A stretch of 64,000 nt of DNA, taken from NCBI RefSeq assembly GCF_009914755.1, contig NC_060925.1, one strand, 5' to 3'. Numbering within the stretch: position 1 is the first letter of the stretch; each line of letters starts with the position of its first letter. Made by a program: the position numbers and the translations under genes. Under the pieces are notes generated by a model that worked only from the letters and a program-made list of their open reading frames with translations, searched no databases and was not told the origin of the DNA. The DNA is from the human T2T-CHM13v2.0 reference genome, Homo sapiens. Shown here piece after piece: positions 54,625 to 64,000 of this stretch.

Positions 54625-57269
54625 TGGATTTTTGAAAGTTTAAATGCTTTCTCTTTTAAAAAGCTAATTTGGAGAGAGGGACAATTACCTTTAATGTTCT
54701 TTGATAAGGTTCTTATACTTCAAAGCTATAAGACATGATTAGCCTAAACCTTCTGTGAACTTATGCATGGTCACAGTCATAAATTCATAAGGCTGAAATG
54801 AAATGTGTATTAGCCAATAATGTCAATTTATGGTCCTAAAATTGTAACACCTCAATAACAGACTCAAGTTCCAAATTCCAGAAAATTAATGGTAGACTTA
54901 TTTTCCCATATTAGTTGTATATTTTTCCTGTTCTTATGTTTTCAGTTATTTTCTAATGGAAGTTTAAGTATGCCAAGGATCAACATGTCAAACTTATGCC
55001 ATTTCAATCCCAGTTTTGACAGTATATCTCTGTTACTAATTTCTACTTTTTTTTCCAGTTAGGCATTCAGCACGTTATATTTATTTATTTTAGTGGAATA
55101 TATGTCTAAGTAAAACACAGAGAGGAAGAAAGAGAGGGGAGGGAGAGGAAGGGAATAGATCATTGACCCTCATAACTTAAGAATATAGTTATTTGACTAG
55201 ATGATTGAGATTTGAAAAACCAAGAAACAAGCAATATAAGCAATAAGAAACCTTTCACTTACCACCCATGCCCAGGCTGGAAAGCAAGGAAAAGACTGAG
55301 TGGAGGCAATGAAAGAAAAAGGCTTTAGGCCCAAGAGAGGGGATAGGATGCAGAGGGCCTTTGTGGAAAGAAATGGAGAGACTTTTGTGAGATGCCACTG
55401 TCCTATCCTCTATATTTCATCACCAATAATTGGGAGTCAAGGCAGCTCACACATTTTGTTCATCAGAGCACCTAAAGCGCCTAAATCTGAGAAGCTACCT
55501 AGATTGTCTTATCCATTAGTTTCAGGTTCAAAGCAGGTCATTAATAGCTGCAAAATGTTTAGGCTACTCAGCCATGCCAAAGACAGCAAAGTCTACTTTC
55601 ACTTTGTTTTCACTTTTATTCCATGTTAAGAAAAAAAAAAAAAAAGGCTTTCTGTCACCAAAGACATTCTTAAGTTCCTTCAAGAAAGGGAATGGGCTCC
55701 TAGACACCTATTGTTATACTCGGAACAGTGCTTCAGTGCTTCCAACTCTTAACCAATAATGACGTCCTCCAAAATCTGTGATATGAAAGAAAAAGCCCCA
55801 GGAGCACCCCTACTTCTCAAACCAGTTTTTGGATCAAATTTAAGCAAACCATATTCATGTTGAGGAAGTTGGATATTACCCTGAAAGCAATTGTCAGAAT
55901 TTAAGTGTTTTAAACAGGAGACCAGCATGGTCTTTTTTAAAATTATTTTTTATTTTTTAGTTGTAGGACTATCACTTTTACTGCAGTGCAGAAAATGAAA
56001 AAAATGGAGATAGCAAGGTTAGGAGAAAGTGTAAGTGTAGAAAGATCTGGGGAAGGTCCTTATGACTGCAAAGATAGTATATAATTTTCAACAAGGTACT
56101 TCTTAAAATTTAGTTTATTTGTAAATTAAAAATAAATGTCATATATTTATGTTGTGAGATTTCAATTATATCATACCTATGACCATATTACGTGACCATC
56201 TTATATAAGCTCTTCCATCAAAATGTTAATTCCTTGGGGGTAGAGAGTTCATCTTCTTTTTTTCATATATGTGTTTCATCTAAGTGTATAGTAAGTCTTA
56301 AATAAAGGGTTCCTCAATAAAGGGTAAATGTATAAAATATTTATCAATGTATAAGTGGTACTATTTAAAGTAAGCCTAATTCCTTTGGGCTATCAAAATT
56401 TATAAAATATTTATATTTCTTTATACTTCAGTGGCTTTTTATAAGAAAGTATTATCTGGAGTGCACACCTTAGTGTAAAATTAACAAAAAAAGGAAGATA
56501 TTAGACTTGTAAGGAATTTTGCTCAGATGACTAAATGCATGATGTGCACAGATCTAAGATAGATGGGAAGATATATCAATGGGAAAAATTCATAGATATC
56601 TTCAACCACCAAAATATTACAATGTACTGACAGGAGATAATTATTTAATGCTAATATTTAGCAATCAATTTTATTTGACTTCTTAATTATTTTTCCTGTG
56701 CGTACATGGTTAATGACTTTACAGTTCTCCCCCAAGCTTCTTTGCAATATTCAATCTTTGAAGCTTGAATGAAACTTACCTTTGGAAAATAAGGAATTTT
56801 TAATTTGCACCTCTGGGAATGTTATTTATTATGGTCTATCATTTGCATAAGTAATTTCTTCAGCAGCTTATTGATTAAATAGATTTTAAATACAGGGCTG
56901 TTGCAACTGCAAAGGAACCCAATGAATTACATTGACAGTTTAATTCAAAACTCATTTTTGCAGATGGGCCAGATGATAGCCCTAGCTTTAAAAACAACAA
57001 TTAGTTCAGTAAATATAACTGTTTCTTACTAGAAATTTTCCCTATGTTTTATAATAAATTAATTACTATATTCAGAAGTTAACCTTAAGTTAAAACTTTA
57101 TGACACCTCTCAGAAACAGTGAATTAAATGTATCTGTGTACTAGTGGTATAAAATGGTATTTTATTTAATACAAGTAAAATATTTCAAATAATAAACCAC
57201 ATATTTAATAGAATAAAAATTACTTGAATGTTTATTCTCTGTATGTTTTCTATCTAATAAAAAGGAGCC

Positions 57270-57490
57270 AACACAGTGGTTAAAAGTACATTCAGGCTGT
57301 CTTCACAACCTAGGATCTGAAGGACCCAGGGCAACTCATAGTCCCTCTATGCATCGATTTGCACATCTCTAAGAAGACAGTAAAATTTTTTATTTCATAA
57401 TATTTTTAGAAATATTCAGTTAATATAGTATCTTAGAATATTTTCTTATATGTAAACAACGTTATGGAAGTAACTTATGATTATTATTAA
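57270..57490 (+). mobile_element. MIR fragment
   Basis: cagtggttaaaagtaca…acccagggcaa.tc…ctctatgcatcgattt.cacatct.taa. Confidence 0.5.
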
Positions 57491-58129
57491 TGGTTTATTT
57501 AATAATATAGTCATTAAAATTGCTGAGTATCACAAATTCAGCCATAAAGCTTGAGAAGATCACATGAAAACGATCATTTATTTTAATGCCATGTGCCATG
57601 AAAATTAAGCAAGCATCCCATGGCAGACAAATGTGCATGTTAATTGTTATCTACATTAATCATTAAAGCTGTATATTTTAGCTAAGTCACGTTGAAAGTA
57701 AAGAAGTTCATAAACTTGATACCGTAACATTTTGACTCCCACAGTGTCAGATGATGAATTTAAACTCCAGCTGAGGTATAGCTATTATGTTGTTTGGCAT
57801 AAAGTAATTTATGATGAAGATTTTAACGGGAAAACAGTAGATAATTGCATGTTTCTTATCCAGTTTAACTAAACTTATCTCTTTTATTCTGTACTAATGC
57901 ACAGACAATCTTCTTATTGACCATCAAGGTGAAATAATTATGCACATTAAATAATTTATTGAAATAGAATTCACTAGTATCAGTCCTAAATTTCACATAT
58001 TATTTTAAAGTAACAATGTTTCAAAATATTGTTCAACATTTAAAAAATTATGCATTATTGTTTTGAAAATGTACTTCAAAGCTTTTGACTGAAGATATAA
58101 GAAAAATCCTCTCAAACCTGCTTTCACTA

Positions 58130-59600
58130 AATAGAAATTCAGAACTTAGGTGTTTTTACTGTTGATTAATTCATTCACACAATGATGACATCAAGGACCC
58201 AGATTCTTTCCCTCCTTTTATTTTGTCATCATGAGCATGCCATACACAATAATTACCTGAAGCATAAGTGAACAAACTTTCCTATGTCTCACCTTAAGAA
58301 AAAGAAAATGTACACAGAAATACCACCAGACTTCCCTGTAACTCTCATTCACCAGAGGTGCATCACATGCTAACATATCTGGTAAAATTCACCCCCAATA
58401 TTTCACGTAGGTTCTTTTCTATTTTCTCTAAGTGTCAGCCGGTCTGAGAAATAAAGGGACAGAGTACAAAAGAGAGAAATTTTAAACTGGGTGTCTGGGA
58501 GAGACATCACATGTCGGCAGGTTTCGTGATGCCCCGCAAGCCGCAAAACCAGCAAGTTTTTATTAGTGATTTTCAAAAGGGGAGTGTATGAATAGGGTGT
58601 GGGTCACAGAGATCACAGGCTTCACAAGGTAATAAAATATCACAAAGCAAATGGAGGCAGGGCAAGATCACAGGACCACAGGACCAGGGCAAAATTAGAA
58701 TTGCTAGTGAAGTTTTGGGCATGCATTGTCATTGATAACATCTTATCAGGAGACAGGATTTCAGAGCAGACAACCGGTCTGACCAAAATTTATTAGGCAG
58801 GAATTTCCTCGTCCTAATAACCCTGGGAGCGCTACGGGAGACCGGGGCTTATTTCATCCCACCTCTACAACCATAAAAGACAGCCACCCACAAAGCGGCC
58901 ATTTTAGAGGCTTCCCCTCAGGGGTGCATTCTCTTTCTCAGGGATGTTCCTTGCTGAGGAAAAGAATTCAGTGATATTTCTCCCATTTGCTTTTGAAAGA
59001 AGAGAAATATGTCTCTGTTTCACCCGGCTTACCAGCAGTCAGATTTTAAGGTTATCTCTCTTGTTCCCTGAACGTTGCTGTTATCCTGTTCTTTTTTCAA
59101 GGTGCCCAGATTTCATATTGTTCAAACACACATGCTCTACAAATAATTTGTGCAGTTACCACAATCATCACATGGTCCTGAGGCAACATACATCCTTCCT
59201 CAGCTTGTGAAGATGATGGGATTAAGAGATTAAAGTGAAGATAGGCATAGGAAATCACAAGGGTATTGATTGGGGAAGTGATAAGTGTCCATGAAATCTT
59301 CACAATTTATGTTCAGAGATTACAGTAAAGACAGGCATAAGAAATTATAAAAGTATTAATTTGGGGAACTAATAAATGTCCATGAAATCTTCACAATTTA
59401 TGTTCTTCCACCATGGCTTCAGCTGGTCCCTCAGTTCGGGTCCCTGACTTCCCACAACACTAACCCCTAAGCCAATCACTGGCAAAAGGAATGGAAATCT
59501 CTTTGGCTTAGCACCAACTAGACTTTGCATTTGAACAAAGGATGGAGCCATCTTCCTTAAGACACTTAGTGAAATGATGAATTAATTAACAAAAAGGAGA
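58130..59600 (-). mobile_element. Old MLT1 (J/K/L-type) LTR split by MER11
   Basis: caatgatg.catcaaggacccagattctttcc…cagacttccct…tctcatt..ccaga…catcacatg | ccctaagccaatcactggcaaa.ggaatgg. Confidence 0.7.
58376..59459 (-). mobile_element. MER11 (HERV-K11/HML-8) solo LTR
   Basis: About 1.08 kb; ends …ccatggcttcagctggtccctc.gttcggg.tccctgacttccc.caaca; internal duplicate tgtccatgaaatcttcacaatttatgttc (59286-59314, 59377-59405); TSD ctaac[a/c]. Confidence 0.93.
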
Positions 59601-59819
59601 TTGTGCTACTCAAACAATCCCTGCTTAAACAATCAGGAGCGTCTTACTCTTCAAAAAGCATGAACTACAGTTGTACACAATCACCTACATATTTGACTAT
59701 TTATAGATTAATAATGCTAGACTATGTTAAAGCCATATGTAATAAAATTGATCAATTTAGCATTGTAACAAGACTAATTTTCAGATAATTTAATAATATC
59801 TTCAATTTATTTCTCAACT

Positions 59820-60170
59820 TTGACAATTGTTGTTTGACAAGAATATTGAGAATGTATTATATGCCATGCCTGAGTAAGGTGTTAAATATATTCTCCTAAC
59901 AAGTTTAGAGTGACAAACCAAACATTAAACAAATATACAAATAAGGATATAATATGATAAATGATATGAAAGAAATTGCAAGATGTGGTGAAAGAAAATA
60001 GTGGTAGTGGCAGCTATGTTAGATTGTATGACCTTGGGGGTCTGGGGGGTCACACTGAGGAAATGACATTTAAAATGAGTCCTCATTTAAAGAATGGGGA
60101 GTAGCATCCCTGCAAGAGAGCAATCTCTGCAAAAAACCTTAAGGAGAAATAAACTTTTATGTGTACAGAG
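59820..60170 (-). mobile_element. L2 remnant
   Basis: atattgag.atgtattatatgcca…tgataaatgatatgaaagaaa…cactgaggaaatgacattta. Confidence 0.65.
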
Positions 60171-60799
60171 CAAATAATTTTTAAAAAGAAAATTTCAAAG
60201 TAATTATTAGAAATCATATAGTTTAGTAAAGATTTTATTAAGCCTCCTTTAATTTTAAATTTACGTCACTAAATCTTTGGTACAAAATACATTCTATTTT
60301 TGCCCTTTAATTATTTTTCCTTTTAGCTAGGAAAGCATCAAACTTCTGGAAAATGAAATTAGCAAATAGAAAACAATGTTCCAGTCTTGCAACTTCAGCA
60401 AAATTATGTGTTTAATTAATACTATTTGAAGGACATTTCCATATTCAGATTAATATAGCATAATTGAATCTTTACAGAGTTATCAAATAAATAGGATCTA
60501 CAATGGCACTACTTTGACTGATAATTGTTCTTTGAAAGACATTCATAGTGATTCCCGCCTTTAGTCAAAGCCACATATATTCATCTCAGTGTTTACACTG
60601 TTTCATCATTTTATGAAGGAAAAAATTTATATAGAATGGTTAAGAGTTTGCATTTTACAAATCTTGTAAATTGCATTTACAAGAATGTAAATGCAATTTA
60701 GCATTTTACGTTCTTGACAGAGCAAGAAAAATAGAGGATTCCTGATTATTATAATCAAGGGAAAATGTCCTTAAAGTCTGTGATTCTTTGTGCTTGTCG

Positions 60800-61110
60800 A
60801 AGAAACAAATGAAATATTTTTCCACTATTATTTATCATTGTCTGGCTAGAGCCTCATTATATTAGAATTTTCCTAATTCTGCCCCTTGCATTTATGTGAG
60901 CCTGAGAAAAGTCTGTAATTGCTATAAGCATTGGTTTATAAGCTATAGAAGGGCAGAAATGTTTGTTTTATTTACTGCTATATCCTAAGCACCTAGAATA
61001 AAGTCCAATACATAGCAGAAATCCACTAAATATTTAATAAAATAAAACTCTTTAATGAAACTAACAATATTTATGACTATAAATTACATAATGCATTTAA
61101 ATGTATGCAA
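60800..61110 (+). mobile_element. MIR with nested L2 3' terminus (about 60940-61040)
   Basis: cctaattctgccccttgc.ttt.tgtga.cctgag.aaagt; tgttttatttactgctatatcc..agcacctagaa.a..gtcc…catagca. Confidence 0.6.
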
Positions 61111-61480
61111 TCAAATGTAAAATCTGGGCTCTACCCTTTATAATTAAAATAACAAGTATTTTTATGAATAAATCTCATTTTTTCTCACATTAGAAAAGAC
61201 AAGAATTTCATTCTTTAACTGTTTCAGCACATATTTATTCCAAAACAGTTTCAGACAGAAAAGACTGGTTATGCAGATATTTTAAAAATCAGATTTATGT
61301 CTTACCTACACTAATAAACTTAATAAGGTGGCTTACGTGATGAGGTCATATGATTTGCAATTTCTTAGTGGCATAATAAAGCCATTGAAAACATTTACAT
61401 TTTGTGAAACTCGAAAGGCATTAATGATTAAGTGTAGTCATGAATGATTTCATTGGCTATTGTAATTTAGATTAAGATGT

Positions 61481-61740
61481 CATACAAGGTTTTAGTTACA
61501 CAAGAGGAATAAGTTTTTGAGATCTATTGCACAGGATGATAACTATAGTTAATAATAAAGCCTCATATTTTTAAAATTGCTACAAGAGTAAATTTCAAAT
61601 GTTCTTACCACAAAAAATAATAGGTTTGTGAGGTGATAGATATAAGCTAAATTTAATCATTACACAATGTATACATATATCAAAGTATCATATACATGTA
61701 TACAATTATAATTCATCAATTAAAAATAAAAATATAAAAA
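61481..61740 (+). mobile_element. L1MA (about MA6-8) 3' terminus
   Basis: gaggaataagtttttgagatctattgcacag..tg..aactatagttaataa…tgtgaggtgat.gatat…caatgtatacatatatcaaa…A-rich tail. Confidence 0.88.
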
Positions 61741-62689
61741 GAATGAGAAGAAAGATAATACTATATTGATTGACTGGGGTAAACATGGGAAAGGAAATTA
61801 AACAAGATCAAGTGAAGGACAATCAATGGAACTATGGACAGTTGTTTTGAATAAAATGAAATTTGAAGTTAATGACATCTTCCATCAATTTCATTACTTT
61901 AGTGTGGCCATATGGGAAAGAAATTTTATATATTTTGCTTGGAGCCCCCAAACCAAAACCAAAATATCAGATATAGGTGAAAAAAAACGAGAAAATTTGT
62001 GTACAGCAAGAAAAACAGCAGTCATTAATATTGTCCTAAAATTAAATGCCTTAAAATGTAATGGATTTCAGTCACTGTGATTGTACACACAGTTGAGCAA
62101 TAATTATTTGTTGACATTATTAACAAGATTTATTTATCAGGTATTAGTTTGGCTAAATAACACAAATATTCACTTTCACTTTCAATAATGTATTGTGAAT
62201 GAATATTGACAGCATCAAGTTTAATTGTGTTCTTCAGAGTGTACCACTGATCTTCGGAGATGGAAACTTTCTTCATGTACATTGTATCTGATATTTTTCC
62301 CCCACAACTATCTGTTTTGTTTCTGTTCACCTTAGTGTATAGTATTGCATATCCTTAAATCCACGGAAAAACTCACGACTTATTTCTATTTGCTTCCTAG
62401 TTATTTACTGAAAATGTTCACATCATGCTGAATATAGAAAAATTGATACGTATAGACTAGAGGGTGGATGGGCCCAAGAGCAAACCACAGAGTAAAGTTA
62501 AGGTGTGAGTATGCAGATGTGATAGCTAAAAATTAAATCATATTTTTATGGTAAATGTTGAACCTTGGGTCACCAGTCTATAAACATTATTATCATTCAA
62601 AACCCAAATGGTGCGCTATTACTGGGGAGAACTAATAATAGATTTTTTACTGAATAGAGATGCATTTAAGAATTATGCTACAAAATAAC

Positions 62690-62905
62690 TTTTCATTAGG
62701 AGTCAGGATGGTGGATACCTTTGCTGGGTGGGGAGAAAACAGTGACTGGATAAGGCTACTAGAGGGCTTCAGGGAGGTTAGCATTCTTTTTGTATTTGGG
62801 AGCTGGTTAAACAGGTATGTTCAGTTTGTGAACAGTCACTGAGTTTTACTTTTATTAGAGGTACACTTTTCTGAACTAATTTAATATTAATAAAATGTTT
62901 ACTTA
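62690..62905 (+). mobile_element. L1ME-type 3' terminus
   Basis: gagtcaggatggtggatacctttg…gagggcttc.ggga…caggtatgttcagtttgtgaa…caataaaatgtttactt-like end. Confidence 0.7.
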
Positions 62906-63069
62906 AGATTACTACATATTCATGACCATCTGAGATTACAAGAAGATTTGGCTTTATATATTTTTGACATTGTTACAGTGAGAAAGGGCATGTTTTATAA
63001 TAGAAAGGATTTTATTCTGTTTAGTCATTATAACTAATTTGTCTACAAAAATCAGTAGCATCTCTATAT

Positions 63070-63848
63070 GCCAATGACGTTCAAGCTGAGAGTCAAATCG
63101 AGAATGGAATCCCATTTGCAATAGACACACACACACAGACACACACCCTAGGAATGCATTTAACCAAGGATGTAAAAGATCTCTACAAGGAGTACTACAA
63201 ACCTTGGCTGAAAGAAATCATAGATGAGACAAACAAATGGAAAAATATTCCATGCTCGTGAACTGGAAGAATCAGTATCACTAAAATGGCCGTAATGCCC
63301 AAAGCAGTCTACAGATCCAATGCTATTCCTATCAAACTACCAATGTTGTTTTCCACAGAACTATAAAAAAGGAAACTATTCTAAAATTCACATAGGACCA
63401 AAAAAGAGCCCCAAGAGCCAAAACAATCCTAAGCAAAAAGAACAAAGCCAGAGGCATCACATTACCTGACCTTAAACTGTACTTTAAGGCTATAACCAAA
63501 GCAGGATGGTACGGATACAAAAACAGACAGACCAATGGAACAGAATAGAGAACCCAGAAATAAAGCCACATACCTACAATCATCTGATCTTTGACAAAGT
63601 TGACAGAAACATCCAACGGGGAAAGGACTCCCTATTCGATAAATGGTGCCTGGAAAGCTGGCTAGCCATATGCAGAGAATAAAACCACACCTTTACCTTT
63701 CACCAAATACAAAAATTAATTGAAGATGGATTAAAGACTTAAAAGTAAGACCTCAAACTACAAGAATTCTAGAAGAAAATCTAAGAAACATCATTCTGGA
63801 CATCGGCCTTGGGAAAGAATTTATGACTAAGTCCTCAAAAGCAACTGC
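63070..63848 (+). mobile_element. L1PB/L1PA15-16 ORF2 fragment with (CA)n at about 63125-63147
   Basis: caagctgagagtcaaatc.agaa…aaagatctctacaagga…cagaatagagaacccagaaataaagccaca…ttatgactaagtcctcaaaagcaa. Confidence 0.88.
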
Positions 63849-63849
63849 T

Positions 63850-64000
63850 GGCATGTCCAGCTTCCATCCTGAGCCATGTTATTACCATACACTGTTTTGG
63901 CATAGACCATGGGTCGCCTCTTAGCATAAACTATCAAGTGTGGTCAAAGGGGCCCATCAACAACACAGAGGCACACCCGTCGTTCAGGAAATTCCTAACA
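63850..64000 (-). mobile_element. MER21-type ERVL LTR fragment, runs off the right edge
   Basis: cca.c..ccatcctga…accatg.gtc.cctc.ttagcataaact…gtgtggt.aaagggg…caggaaattcc. Confidence 0.55.

Noticed and set aside
55300-55629. 109-aa ORF in unique sequence
   Set aside because: Starts at GTG, has no recognisable domain, and no supporting splice or promoter context.

Overview
AT-rich, CpG-poor non-coding DNA from a catarrhine primate, most likely human (AluY, THE1 and MER11 are all present). It is either gene desert or deep intron of a large gene; the locus cannot be identified from sequence alone. I find no supportable protein-coding gene, RNA gene, CpG island or CRISPR array. Every ORF with recognisable protein similarity is a decayed transposon fragment (L1 ORF2, MaLR internal ORF, ERVL RT, CR1/L3 RT) or an Alu read-through. 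Much of the window is interspersed repeat: about 11 Alus; L1PA, L1PB, L1MA, L1MB, L1MC and L1ME pieces; THE1/MLT1/MLT2 LTRs; a fossil ERVL provirus; LTR40, LTR50-like, MER11 and MER21 LTRs; MER58A, MER53 and Tigger3 DNA-transposon pieces; and MIR, L2 and L3 relics. The most notable observations concern insertion and repair mechanism. (1) A TSD-flanked composite insert of a TIR-less Tigger3 fragment plus an oppositely oriented L1PA piece (49811-50383) looks like an L1 3' transduction with 5' inversion. (2) A complex templated insertion (11939-12058) copies 48 nt from 3 kb upstream and then folds back as a perfect 21-bp inverted repeat. (3) There are three further 5'-inverted (twin-primed) L1 insertions. 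(4) Several other small inserts end in fold-back hairpins. (5) There is one speculative 12-nt microexon-like splice signature. I did not find evidence for a new gene-level biological system. Repeat family names come from recalled consensus sequences, not from a RepeatMasker run, so subfamily calls and boundaries of old elements are approximate.
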